NCBI GenBank assembly: GCA_002104905.1
Contig: MCFE01000446.1
Span: 9,630 to 73,629, forward strand
Source of the DNA: Basidiobolus meristosporus CBS 931.73
Taxonomy: Eukaryota > Fungi > Basidiobolomycota
Direction of reading: 5' to 3'
Length of the DNA stretch: 64,000 bases
Positions 24,557-36,092 of the stretch are shown here, piece after piece. How positions within the stretch are numbered: position 1 is the stretch's first letter; each line of letters begins with the position of its first letter. The position numbers and the translations under genes were made by a program. The notes beneath the pieces are model-generated. The model was not told the DNA's origin. It saw only the letters and a program-made list of their open reading frames with translations, and did no database searches.

Positions 24557-25090
24557 AGTAAGACTGACGAATTACTCACATTGACAGTGCAATGGACATT
24601 CCCCAAGGTGATATGAATAAAGCATTGTCTTTCTAACTCTAACATCCTCGTAGCCCCAATAAACGCCATTACCGGTATGATGGTTAACTTGTTGAAATCC
24701 AAATCGATCCAATTTATTCATTTGGTCATGCTGGACATTGAGTCCTGTAAAGCTACAGTATTTTTCATCCATTTTGGTCATGCTGGTCATTGAGATCATG
24801 AATATTATCCTAGTCCTGTGGAACTACAGTATTTTCTACCCATCCTTTACCCCAGTACAGCCTGGCCAAATATTCGGCAAGTTTGATTCTCGAAAGAGTA
24901 AAAATAGCTTGAATACAGTGATGTGCATTAATCTTCGACTGAAACATGAAACGAACTGTCAACGTTGATGAGCTAAGAAACCCGTTATGTACGAAATCAC
25001 ATGACGTCACACGATTGCCTAGAATTTAGGAAATCACCCGCTGAGCAATACTTTTCTTCGAAGACACAAACCACTCGGCATACTCTGAAG

Positions 25091-26467
25091 ATGAAGTTCA
25101 ATAGTGCTCCGAAATGCCCGCGTTGCGCAAAAACCGTTTACATGGCCGAGCAAGTAAATACCTGGTTTAGCTCCTGGCTGTCAATACACTTGTTTATTCA
25201 CGCGATGCTGTAGATAATTGGACCTGGTGGGCCTTGGCATAAGCGTTGCTTACGCTGCAAAGTAAAGTTTTTGGAATGCTTCTGGTTTTCGATAGCTCAT
25301 AGTAACCCAGTTTCTTAGACTTGCGATAAATCCCTCGATTCTACGACCCTTTCAGAGCGGGAAAATGAGGTACTCTTCTAGTCTCTCAAGACTTCTGGCC
25401 TGTATTAACGAGGCCCTTTTTTAGGTTTACTGTAAGGTATGCTACAACCGCCTATACGGGCCCAAAGGTAAGAATAGTTAACGGAACCTTGTATGAACGA
25501 CCCATCGTTTCCTTTCCCTGCTAACCGTATGACACTTCACTTCATATTGCCAGGATGGGGTGCTGCCAACATGTCGACGGAGACACAGATCCATCGTTTC
25601 GAAAACAGCTCAAGCGAAGAAGTGAACCTTAGAGCCTCGCCTTCCCCTGAACTTCCCATAAGCTCACTGAGACTTTCTCCTGAAGCACCTACTCTTCCTC
25701 CCAGAAGTCCAGCCTCGGAAAGCGTTTCGAGGGCCCCCGCCTTGCCCAGCAGAAACAAGAACCTTGAAAGTACTTCGAATACTCCCCCTCTACCTCCCAG
25801 GAATACAACCGAGTCACGAGGATCCAGCAACAATCCATTCTCCCAGGACACTCGTGATGCCGAGCCAGCACGCAGCGAAGTAGACATCTCCAAAATCGCC
25901 AAGAATTTCGAGTCCAAACCTACTCACGCGCCCTCACCATCCAGCTCTCGTCTATTCCCACCCCGATCCACTTCCCCCGCTAACCACAGCTCAGAAAAAA
26001 GCGTCCCAGCATTTCTCTCCGGGCATGGGGCGAAGAGGTCAAGTACCACGGCCACCACATTCTTGTCGAACGCGAATAATCACCCAAGACCAGCCGCCAC
26101 CGGTGCGCCTAACACTACCACCAACAACAACGTCCCCACGAAATCCTTCAGTTTACATCGCACTAGTCATTCGTTCTCTGGTATTGGTGGCCCCAACAAG
26201 AGATTTAGCAACCTAGGGGGAGGCGGGGACATCTGCCCCAGATGTCAAAAGGTTGTTTACGCTGCAGAGAGCGCAATGGGAGCGGGGGTAAAGTATCACA
26301 AACTATGCCTTCGCTGCTCCCAATGCAGCAAAAGCTTGGATTCCAGCAATATGAGGGAACGAGAGGGCACCTTATATTGCAAGCCATGCTACGCAAAACT
26401 ATACGGACCCAAGGGCTACGGATACGGCGAGGGAGCGGCCTTCCTAACGACCGAAGGTGCAGTGTGA
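25091..26467 (+). CDS. Two-LIM cysteine/glycine-rich protein (CSRP/CRP-like) with a Pro/Ser-rich linker; exons 25091-25153, 25214-25261, 25319-25369, 25425-25467, 25554-26467
   Basis: CPRCAKTVYMAEQ...WHKRCLRCKTC...YCKVCYNRLYGPKG and CPRCQKVVYAAE...YHKLCLRCSQC...YCKPCYAKLYGPKGYGYG; four GT-AG introns. Confidence 0.93.
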
Positions 26468-27004
26468 AGAGCCACGTGTACAAACCTATGTTTTTAAATA
26501 AACCCCTTTTCAACCCAATCGCATGGTGAATTAGCTAACAATAGCCCTTTATTCACTGGGTGAAGTCTGCATAGCAACCGTATCTCAAACGATCATGCAG
26601 GTGGGAGTTTCCATATATACATGCATACGGGTGGATGGTTCCCATCAGTGGTGAGTTGGCTGACATAAAAATAGGAGCATCTGAGAATCACTCAAGCGCC
26701 GATCACAGGATAGCTTCCACCTAAAGTTACAACCAGAAGCCAATCTCGCCTGGCGGATTAAAATAGGGGCGTTCGGGTTTAGTGCCTGGTAAATTGGTTA
26801 ACATGTGCGGGATAAATATAGGCACCGATGCGACTCTTCGATGGTCAAATTTAACGTCGTCGTCACAATAGGCTCTCCAACAATGCGTGCATCTGCATGA
26901 ATCTCCTCACCCGTTGACGGTCTCATAAATAGCACTTGTGCGAAGTATAAAACGCCCCGACAACCACCTGCCACCAACCAGCCATCCTTCCCGCAACCTT
27001 CACC

Positions 27005-27448
27005 ATGATCAAGTTTTTCAAGTCCAAGCCCTCGAAAAACGCTAGCAGTGCAGTTACGAGCACTGATGGTATGCGGGAGGATATCAACGAGATTGTCGAC
27101 ACGATGGATCAAGGAGCACTCATCAGTATAGTGGACTCTCGGTACCCCTCGGATTCCATGAAAGAAGCTTGCCAAAGGAGCAGATGGAGAAACAGCTACT
27201 CGGCGCCTGGTTGCACCCTCGCCAAGCGCTCTTCCATCGCCTCTTCCTCGGCGTCGATCTCCTCATCCTCGTCCGAAGAGAGTGTCCTTCATATGAGGAA
27301 TGGCGTGCAATGGGTGGTCTCCCGGAACAAGCGAAACAACCAGTTGGAAGTCCGAGTATTCCATGATGGCCAAGCACTCCGGCCTCATGAGACCATGTAC
27401 CACCTATCACTAGCGAGGAAATACCAGCAATTCTTGAATCAGCACTAG
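27005..27448 (+). CDS. Hypothetical Ser-rich protein (147 aa)
   Basis: Open frame with gene-like CpG content; TATAAAA at about 26946; AT-rich 3' flank. Confidence 0.55.
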   Translation: MIKFFKSKPSKNASSAVTSTDGMREDINEIVDTMDQGALISIVDSRYPSDSMKEACQRSRWRNSYSAPGCTLAKRSSIASSSASISSSSSEESVLHMRNGVQWVVSRNKRNNQLEVRVFHDGQALRPHETMYHLSLARKYQQFLNQH

Positions 27449-27616
27449 ACCCCAACAACGATTGGATGGCGCTTTATTGTATATAGATATATATATATAC
27501 CCTTTCTCCTTGGATTTATGAACAGATCACATATATATATAAAGATTGGCTGTATAAAACCCTCACTTCGAGTAACCATCTGTCATGACACCTAATACTT
27601 GATGAGTAACCGTGAC

Positions 27617-28384
27617 CTAACCAGACTTCATCAATGCGTCAAAGAATTCAGGGGTCGCGGTCTGAGTGTAGTCGCTGGACTCCGCAGGGCCGTATGCAGA
27701 ACGAATGGGCAGCACTCCTGACCAAACCTTCTGGTTCAGCTCCTCGCTGCTCACATCCTCTTTGTCATCCTTTGGGGCCCCGGCTCTAACTTTGGCACTG
27801 GCAGTTTCGATTTGAACGGCGATGACCCCGGTGCTTTGCAGATCGATCTTCCCTGGGGGCTTGCTATCTTCCCACCTATCCGCAGTCCGATCGCCATGCT
27901 GTGGGAGAAAGCAACCGGAGGCCTGGTTGGTGATGTATTTCAGAGCAGTCAATTTCTCTTCCGGGTCAGTCACCAGCCTGCCGTAGCCAAAAACGCACGC
28001 GGAGCGGTAGTTGAAGGAGTTGTGGAACGGGTTGATGGCATAGACGATGCCATCCAAGTGGGTGACCGTGATATTGACCTTGGGCCTGGGGGCGTCTGAA
28101 TTGCGGGGCCCCAGTGCTTTGATCAGTCTTCCGCTTATGTAGCCGTGCAGGTAAACCGTATCCTCGATGCGGGAGTATGCCATGGGCATCACGAGTGGCC
28201 AATCCTCCGGCTCTTGCGAGGCATCTTCCACCGTGTAGGGAAGTGCAAAGCCAACGTGGGCAACCAAGCCCTCGTCGAGGATCTTGTATATGGTAGGCTT
28301 GTCGTATTTACCACGCTCTGGCATGCGCTTGACCTTATTGATCGAGCGAGAGGTGGTGGGTGTGAATTCTGGCTGGGTGGACAT
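27617..28384 (-). CDS. FMN-binding split-barrel protein (pyridoxamine 5'-phosphate oxidase-like / NimA-like family), intronless
   Basis: RMPERGKYD..IYKILDEGLVAHVGF, VYLHG, HNSFNYRSACVFG, ASAKVRAGAPKDD and WSGVLP motifs. Confidence 0.88.
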   Translation of the reverse strand: MSTQPEFTPTTSRSINKVKRMPERGKYDKPTIYKILDEGLVAHVGFALPYTVEDASQEPEDWPLVMPMAYSRIEDTVYLHGYISGRLIKALGPRNSDAPRPKVNITVTHLDGIVYAINPFHNSFNYRSACVFGYGRLVTDPEEKLTALKYITNQASGCFLPQHGDRTADRWEDSKPPGKIDLQSTGVIAVQIETASAKVRAGAPKDDKEDVSSEELNQKVWSGVLPIRSAYGPAESSDYTQTATPEFFDALMKSG

Positions 28385-28757
28385 GTTGGCTAATCGATGG
28401 GAGAAGGTGGATGGAGGCTGCCTCCTTATAAAGGATTTGCTTAGTAATCTCCACTAGGTCAGATTCCTACCCACGCTGGGTGTCCAGACAGCGATTGGCG
28501 TGGTGATACAGAGCCTGTATTCCGCTGTGAAGGGGCGGTCGATTATTTGCGATGACTTCTTGTCAGTCACCGTAGCCGGAGTTGGGTGGCGGTGGCTTTC
28601 TGAGAAGTATCCAATTCACCGGATGCCATCCCTTCCCACTTCAGGGCAGTCACCTTAACCGGGTTGGTGATCTTCCTACGCATGATCCAACCTGGATCCT
28701 CCCATCGTGCCGAATTCCGAGCAAATTTTCCTTCGAGCCCCCAATCCGGCCCACAAC

Positions 28758-29752
28758 ATGTATCTCCTTTACTTGGTCCGCTTCGGGTACCTACTGATCA
28801 CCGCCTCCGCCATATGCGCTTCGACCTTGCCGCAACTACGCGTCTCCATACTGGACTACGGTAAGCTCAACGAAAGTCCCGGCTTACCAACCAAATACAA
28901 GGGCACTTGGATCGCTACTCTGCGCAATGTCCAGGTTCCGAAGCGTTGGTTCCAGCATTTCTATCTGTTCGGGGTGATGTGGAACCTATGGTTGTTGCTG
29001 GAGCTCACGGGCTGGCTGTGCTGGGCCAAGCGCGGTCTCCTGCTGAGCTTGCTGTACACGTGGGATACCCCAACCGAGGTGGATTACCTAGGCTCGGCAG
29101 AGATTGCGCTCTACGCTCTGGTGTTGACTCAGTTGCAGCTGGCCCGCAGGACGTACGAAGTGTTTTTTGTGGAGAAGCCCTCGGAGGCGAAGATGCATCT
29201 CGGCCATTATCTCGTTGGCCTTTGCTTCTACCTAGCGGTAAGCCTTTCGGTGTGGTTGGAGGCGGCGGGGAATCTGGGCCTGTACAGCACAGGTAAGTTC
29301 GACCTGAGCCAAGGAATAGAGCCGGCGCCAACCCGAATTTTCTTCCATTTCTAGCGGGACCGAAACTATCTGTCGCTCAGCTGTTCACCAGACCTGTGCC
29401 CCTGCTCTGCGGCACCGTGTTGTTCGGGTACTTCTCCTACCGACAGTACCGTTGCCACCTCATCTTGGCCCAGCTACGTCCCGGCCCTAGCAAGCCTGGA
29501 CCCCCGAAGTATTTCATCCCGAGAGGCGATCTGTTCGAGTACGTGACGGGAGCACATTACTTTTGCGAGATCATGATCTACTTCGCCCTCTGGTGGCTGG
29601 TTGGCCTCACGAACATCACCATGGGCCTGAGCTTCTCATGGGTTCTCATCAACCTAGGGATCATCGCCAGGGAGACCCACGGCTGGTACCAAAGCAAGTT
29701 CGGCGCCAGCTACCCGCCGAGCCGACGAATCCTATTCCCGTTCCTCTACTGA
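28758..29752 (+). CDS. DFG10: Polyprenol reductase (DFG10/SRD5A3-like); exons 28758-29292 and 29355-29752
   Basis: DYGKL, VPKRWFQHFY, RRTYE, MHLGHYLVGLCFY, IPRGDLFEYVTGAHYFCEIMIY, ARETHGWY and RRILFPFLY; the GT-AG intron keeps the frame. Confidence 0.9.
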
Positions 29753-29856
29753 ATAAATCCACGAGTAGCGAAGCGGTGAAAAGAGCAAGCATTGAGGTTT
29801 ATTTAATTACACATTTTGAGAAGAGGACAAAAAGGCAAATGAGGGAGGGGAATGAG

Positions 29857-30846
29857 TTATACAAGAAGGACCGCGTTGATGCACCCGTCGTTTTCGGGGT
29901 TGTTCGTGATTTGGGCGTATTTTCCCCACACGACCTTACCGCCGGTTGTGACGAGCCCCAGTTCGCTCACGTTCACCTCGATCACCGTACCCTTCGTGAG
30001 AACACCCAGCTGGGTGAAGAACGGACTCTGAGGGTTTTTCTTCACCCCGATGATGGGAAGGTGGAAGGTGGCCCCGAGCTCGGGATGGGTGACGTGGGCC
30101 TTCTTGTAACGAAGGGCCATGGGTCGGATGAAGCGTTCGTACTTGGGTGGCTTACGGGTGAACCCGTCCCCGACGAAGGTCGCCTTGGTGACCATTCTCT
30201 TCCACTGCTTCGTCTTGCTCTTACCGGTCTTGATCACCTTGAACATCTCGTCCTCGGCGATACCCCGGACCTTGGGCAGAGGCACGTTCCACTTGCCCGC
30301 CTTCTCCTTACGCTTCTGTTTGACCATATTCGAGAGCACCTTGGCCCGTTTCTCTCCGTCACGGTCCAACAGGTAGGCAGGTACCGCGCCGGTGGGCACC
30401 GCGTCGTCGCTCTTCTGCTTCGCCGACTTCTCTTCGTGCTGTTTGATGGCCTTCTTCATCTGGATCTTCTCCGAGTGGCGCTTCTTATTGTACATCTTCG
30501 CCTTCAGACCATGGATCTTCTGGGCGTACGCCGCGTTCTTGTGAACCTCACGCGCTTCTCTCTTACGCCTGAGGGTGAGGGAGGGGAAAAGGAAGGGAGG
30601 GGTGGAGGGTAAGTGGTTGGCCTAAAGGGGAACTTCTCGTCAGGTGCAACTTACTTGCGCTCTTCATGATCCATACGACGTCCATGACGCTTGATGGACT
30701 CTTCAATGTGTTCGTTTTGAGGCTAGGAAGCAATGGCTGGGTAAGTCAAAGGAAGCAAGTGCCGAGGTGAAGGTCGGGTTGTCGTTGGAGGGGAAAGAAA
30801 CTGGGCGAGGGCGGGGCGGGGCAGGGCAAGGAACAACACCTACCAT
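29857..30846 (-). CDS. NSA2: Ribosome biogenesis protein NSA2 (260 aa); exons 30846-30844, 30722-30655, 30568-29857
   Basis: Spliced product [31 protein letters not shown]...[21 protein letters not shown]; 783 nt in total. Confidence 0.97.
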
Positions 30847-31071
30847 ATTGGAAGCTTTCTAAACGGACAAAGTGGAGTTCTGGGAAAGAAGCCAAACCGG
30901 AGTTCGCTTCAGGTGGAGAAGAAATATTTGGGAGGGGGGGGGAGGGACGGTGAGAAGGAGGGGGATGGCAGGAGGGATTTTTTTTTCTTTTCTTTCACTT
31001 TCTTTTCAAAATTTCCCCTCCTCTCCCCTCCCCTCCTGATCCGCCGTGACAGGTGACTTCAACTCGAAGTT

Positions 31072-31124
31072 CGGTTAGGTTCGTGGTTACGCGTCGGGAT
31101 TTTGGTTAAGTGTCGGGTTAGGGG
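31072..31124. promoter_or_regulatory. Cluster of GGTTAG(G) telo-box-like motifs upstream of NSA2
   Basis: CGGTTAGGT, TGGTTACG, TGGTTAAG and CGGGTTAGGGG within about 55 bp. Confidence 0.3.
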
Positions 31125-31488
31125 TTCCGATTTTTTTCTCGCTCCACGACAGATGGATTTTTTTTCAGGGATCCCGTGATCCGCAATCCACCCACCCACC
31201 CTGATTTTATGCGATGAAGTTGAAGTACCGTGACAGTGCCATGGAGTCGTATATTTGGCGTTGCCTCAAACAATATTGACAGTCCTGGGGCATCGCAATG
31301 TGCATCCTCTCAGTAGCCAATGATGTTGTAACCAGTCATGGATGATGCCATAATTTAATGAGATGTGCGGTATTCCACTTACTATGGGCGGCCATCAAAA
31401 GTGGCATAACATGCGAGCCCTGGTTGAGTTGTCAATTCCCACCCAAGAATTACTATCAACGGATATTTCCCCTGCCTCAGTCTAGCTC

Positions 31489-33165
31489 TTACATTTTTCG
31501 TGAACGCATTGGAGCAACCTCCCTCCTTCCCTCCCTCGCCCACATACCGGGTATTACCAACAACTCTATCAGTCGGTATGCACTTTCCCAGGTGTCGTGG
31601 CTGGTTGGGGGACTACAGGTTCTCCCCCCCCTAACGACGCTCTTCGGAAGCCCAGGAACGAATAGCTCAGCCGTCTCCAAGTCTTGGTGTGAAGCTGGAA
31701 CGTACGATTTGGTGGCGTGGTCCAACGTGACTGCCCCGCTAACTATATGAGGTGCCCCCGTGGGATTTTGACGAAGGTAGAACGGGAATGGCGTTGGCTC
31801 CCTGGTACCTTTCGCGTATCCGCCACAGGAGCCGGAGTGAGTGGGCCAGATGTGTTGGAGACGTAGTGCCGCATCCAGGTAGAGCCCGTAGCTTCCGGAG
31901 CGCCTGGTGAGGTATCTAGCCAGTGCAAAGCAAACCAGCGAGAAGGAGAGGAGCACACCGACAACTGCCCAAAATCTCCGGTCCACCACCAACTCCTCGC
32001 CAGAAACTTCCCACATCATCAGCTCCTGGGCGAACGCTCCCTGCCAATAGAGCAGCTGGACCATCATGAGATCCGCCGATGTGAGGGCCTCTCGCACTCG
32101 CTGTATCCCCGTCATCTTCTCGCCCCGGGAGATGCCCTCCGCATCACTGGGCGCCATTCTCGAGCCCAACATCCAGAAATCCTGGATAAACTCCACCTCC
32201 ACGTAACGGCCCAACTCTGCGTAATTGTACATTTCCCCCATCGGCCCGCGATACCCAGCAACTATGGCTTGGTGGCATCCGTTTCTGTGGCACCACTTCA
32301 GCCCGGATTCCATGCTCAATTCCACCCAGATACTGCCATCGTAGGTTTGCCATTGGGCTAGGCAGCTTTGATCGGCTGGAGTGATGCCGATCGCGGGCAG
32401 CAAGTGCATGATGGAGGTAATCTCATCATAGTTGAGCTCCATCGTGATTTTGATAAGATTCCCCTTGGTTGCTTGGGTGAACTTTGGGTGGTAGCGCGTC
32501 CTTGGGATTGGGTCATCAGAAGAATCTACGTAGGGCACGGTGCAGTTTTCTCCACTGTGCCAGGGCTTGGTTGGGTCCACGTCGGGGGTTATCGAGATCG
32601 ATACCAGATGGATTTCACTCTGTACGAACTCCCCCGGGAACTGAACACTCTCCCGAGCACCTGGCAACTGGTTCTCCAAAGAAAAGGAGTGACTAAGGCC
32701 AGTCCACCTGCTACGTGGCTTCATGAACACCGCGCCGGAGGCGGGGAATTCCGCGGGGATGGTCACCTGTCCCGTATATACCGGTCCGGTCATGCTCTTG
32801 ACGATGTAAGGGGACAGTTTGTCCAGGTATGCTACCCCACTACCACTCAGGAGCAGCCCAACCAGTAGGATTCTTAACCAACCACCTGCAGGCAGCCATT
32901 GTCGCCATGTCCATTTGGCGGCGGCGGGTGTGTCTCCCAGTAAAATCGATAGGCCGGCCACCACCGGGCCCCGGGAGGCCAACTGGGCGCGGAGTAGACA
33001 AAGCACCCCGTTGCCAAGTAACGCCAGGGTGAGACTGAGCACAAGTACCGCTTCGCTGATCCCCAATCCAGCTGATGCGGTATAGGTCACCTGCGCGTTG
33101 ACCGCGTCGGTGGCATTGGCGGCCAGGGTGGCTTGGAATTTCTCCCCGAAGTCACTAAAAGTCAT
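31489..33165 (-). CDS. Uncharacterised multi-pass membrane protein (558 aa), intronless
   Basis: Long open frame with N-terminal hydrophobic helices, a Cys-containing loop domain and a C-terminal TM segment (FWAVVGVLLSFSLVCFALA). Confidence 0.8.
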   Translation of the reverse strand: MTFSDFGEKFQATLAANATDAVNAQVTYTASAGLGISEAVLVLSLTLALLGNGVLCLLRAQLASRGPVVAGLSILLGDTPAAAKWTWRQWLPAGGWLRILLVGLLLSGSGVAYLDKLSPYIVKSMTGPVYTGQVTIPAEFPASGAVFMKPRSRWTGLSHSFSLENQLPGARESVQFPGEFVQSEIHLVSISITPDVDPTKPWHSGENCTVPYVDSSDDPIPRTRYHPKFTQATKGNLIKITMELNYDEITSIMHLLPAIGITPADQSCLAQWQTYDGSIWVELSMESGLKWCHRNGCHQAIVAGYRGPMGEMYNYAELGRYVEVEFIQDFWMLGSRMAPSDAEGISRGEKMTGIQRVREALTSADLMMVQLLYWQGAFAQELMMWEVSGEELVVDRRFWAVVGVLLSFSLVCFALARYLTRRSGSYGLYLDAALRLQHIWPTHSGSCGGYAKGTREPTPFPFYLRQNPTGAPHIVSGAVTLDHATKSYVPASHQDLETAELFVPGLPKSVVRGGRTCSPPTSHDTWESAYRLIELLVIPGMWAREGRREVAPMRSRKM

Positions 33166-34560
33166 CGGTACTAGTGGTGAAGGTCGGTATGGTCAATCAG
33201 ATGTTGGAAAGGACAGATCTTATCTGGAAAGCTTTGGCTACCATGCGGAGCGCTTCTATATACCGCGACCAGTTGCGCCACTGAGACCTGGTGGGAAATC
33301 CCGACTGGATCCAGATCCGGTTTTGGGGATCTTCTGGCCTGTCTGGTGCAGACAAAAGCGGTGGATTCAGGTGGAGCCCGATGGAATCTTTGTAGATTCG
33401 ATGATCCGGTTTCTCCGGAACCACCTTCCCTTGCCGTGCATGGTCGAATCCCTGCGATCCTCTAATGACAGCGGTGTAACCACCGGCATGTGTATGAAGG
33501 TGTAGCCGGTGGCTTTCTATGTTCCGTCGGACTTGATTGAAGGGATACAGTGGGAACATGTCTATCCTGGTTTCCGCCGCACTATTTCCTTAGGGTCTCA
33601 CCGTTGTCACCCGACGGTGTGAAAATACGGATTTCCTCTGTGACCTGGACATATGATTTGGTCGGTCCTCGAAAAGTTCGGTGCTCCCTACCCCTTCACA
33701 ATCCACGACCTCCCACCTCCCACCTCATAATCCCAGCCGTTGCATCCTGCAACTCCGTAGAAGGGCTCGAAGCACCCTGGACATTCGGTGAAAAATCTCG
33801 ATTCCCTTTCTTCCGGTACTCCTGTCCCTTCTGGCTTCACCATGGTGGATTTTCTTTAATCGATTCCCATCGTCCATCATTTCATCTAGCTGTATATGGT
33901 GTGACCGAAATGGATTCCAGACACCGCGGGTACGGTTGTATAAATCGGGTTTGGGTCCCACTTGTACGGATCCACCTCCTGATTCTACCTACCAACCTTG
34001 TGCCATCTGATAATTCATGCCGCATGATTTCCGATCCCCTTGCCCTGGTGGGCCTTTTTGTGTAGGGAAGATCAGGATTTGCAGATTTCAAACTGTGGGC
34101 CATGGTCAACCAACCCCATCTCCCTCAACCTGCAGAACATACCATGCTAGATGGTGTCTGGTAATGGCAACAGATCCCCACAAAAGTAGTCATGCTCCCT
34201 AGTAAACACAGAACATGCCAAAATTGGTAACTCTGCTGAAAGTCACCCCAGTAATAGCGCAAGCAATTGGGCCACATTGGATGTGGGGTCCTGCATAGAG
34301 TGGTCCAAAATCTCCCAACTTCCTGCCTTGGAGGTTGTGAAGGCTCCTGCTGTGCCAATTTCCTGGAACAGATCCTTTGCCAGGACCCACTTGGAATACT
34401 CCACCAAAATGTCCAACACCCAGGCCATCAAAATCAGATGGGTGGTTGAAAAGCCCTCAAATCTGGTGCATATGCTCTTGGATCCTTTCTGAGCCTGGTC
34501 CATGTTCTAAATATGTGTATCACCTTTACTTTGGATAAACCATTGGATAAGTCCAAGTGA

Positions 34561-34800
34561 TCTAGCAGCCCTCCCAATCACTTTTGGTAGCTCCAAAACT
34601 CTCACACAAGAATGGACTCAGCAAAACAGTGCAAGTTCAGTCCACATACAAAAATAGGGCCCATGTTGTGGTCATATGGGTGCCCTGAACTCATAGACTA
34701 AGTCTCAGATTCTTGGCTCAAGCTCTAAAAGTATACTTCAAGACCTTTGTGTTTTAGGAGTTTTGGAGACATTAGAAGTGATTGGGAGAGCAGACAGAAC
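34561..34800. repeat. About 50-bp imperfect inverted repeats flanking about 150 bp (MITE-like)
   Basis: CTCCCAATCACTT....CTCCAAAACT at 34571-34600 versus AGTTTTGGAG....AAGTGATTGGGAG at 34759-34788. Confidence 0.45.
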
Positions 34801-34949
34801 ATGCAACTTTTGACTTTGTGATTTGTTGAATGTAACAGTGGTGTATATACTTCTAGATGGTCTTGTGAAAGAAAAATGAGTAGATATGTAGGCTAGTAAT
34901 TAAATAGCCAAGTTAGGTGAGTATCTAGGTGTAAATATAAAACTTGCTT

Positions 34950-35900
34950 CACTCCCACTCAATTAAACACTTATATTGGCTAGGCCTCAATGTGACCCAA
35001 GATACTTAAATCTGGCTCTAGCCAATGGTAATGTGAGCATATCTGCAATTAGTTCATATGTGGGACAATAATCCAAGTTAGCCAAGTTATTTGCCATAAC
35101 ATTCCAGAAGAAATGTTTCCCACTATCTTCCTACTTGGCTTTTCTAGGAAAAGCTGGATCTCTTCCTAATTTAGTACATCTGTGACTATCTTGAAATATA
35201 TTGGGAGGGGTTTTTTTTACCTGTAACCAGGTCTTCATAGCACTTTCTTAGTCAAACTGGCTCTTTGGAAACATCACAGGCTACCATATACTCTGCCTCT
35301 GTGGTGGAAAGTGCCATGGTTAGTTGCTTATTTGAGTTCCATGAGGTGGCACCTGTGTTCTGAAGTATGGTGTGTCATGTGATTGATCTTCTTACTTCTG
35401 GTTTTGTCCCCAATCTGTAGCAGGGTATTCCAAATGACCCTGGTCTGAAATCCTCTAAGTGCATCTTAGGCAGATATCAGCAGTTCCTTTCAGTATTTTA
35501 AAGTCCAGCAACTGTTGCTAATTGGCTGGATCCAAAGCTCTAAATATAATAGCAGATAACCCCCACTGCATATGAGATATAGAGAAGTGTTCCTGGCACC
35601 ATTTACAGGTGACTGATTACCATAGATTGATCTAGGGTTTCTATATATTTCAATGGTAGCAAGCTGTCATGGTTTGGTGGATTTTTGACCAAGTTGAGAT
35701 TTGTCTGTATTAGGGTGGCTGCTGGGTTGTATTGTAGAAACTTTTAATTGCACCTAATTATTCACCTACTTAGTCATCTAGATTGCTACTTCCAAATCTC
35801 CCAAATAACTAACCAAATTCCTTATTGATATTTACTTATAATAGTCTCACCAAACATCAGGTACCCAGTGATCTAAAAGCTCTGGCAATATTGGAAGTCA
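34950..35900 (-). mobile_element. Ty1/copia RT-RNaseH 3' fragment with polypurine tract
   Basis: SWNSNKQLTMALSTTEAEYMVA and YCPTYELIADMLTLPL remnants; PPT GAGTGGGAG at 34960-34952 followed by TG. Confidence 0.8.
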
Positions 35901-36092
35901 TGGGAGGACAAGTTGAGTATGAGGCCTTCACCTGGTGACTTGATTGATACAAATGTAGTATTGATACTTTGATATGATTTTAGCAAGACAACACACTATA
36001 TGCACTGAGTTAGATCTCAAGAGCATGTGTGCAAAGTCTGGGACTGTTTGGACATCTGTGAGAAAGCTCATGTTCAAGGTACATGATGTTTT

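Noticed and set aside
33200-34060. Possible spliced gene on the minus strand (MVKPEG…ECPGCFEPF…)
   Set aside because: CpG-rich with plausible splice sites, but no single convincing gene model or family motif.
34100-34510. Possible retroelement integrase remnant (VEYSKWVLAK)
   Set aside because: Similarity too weak to call by eye.
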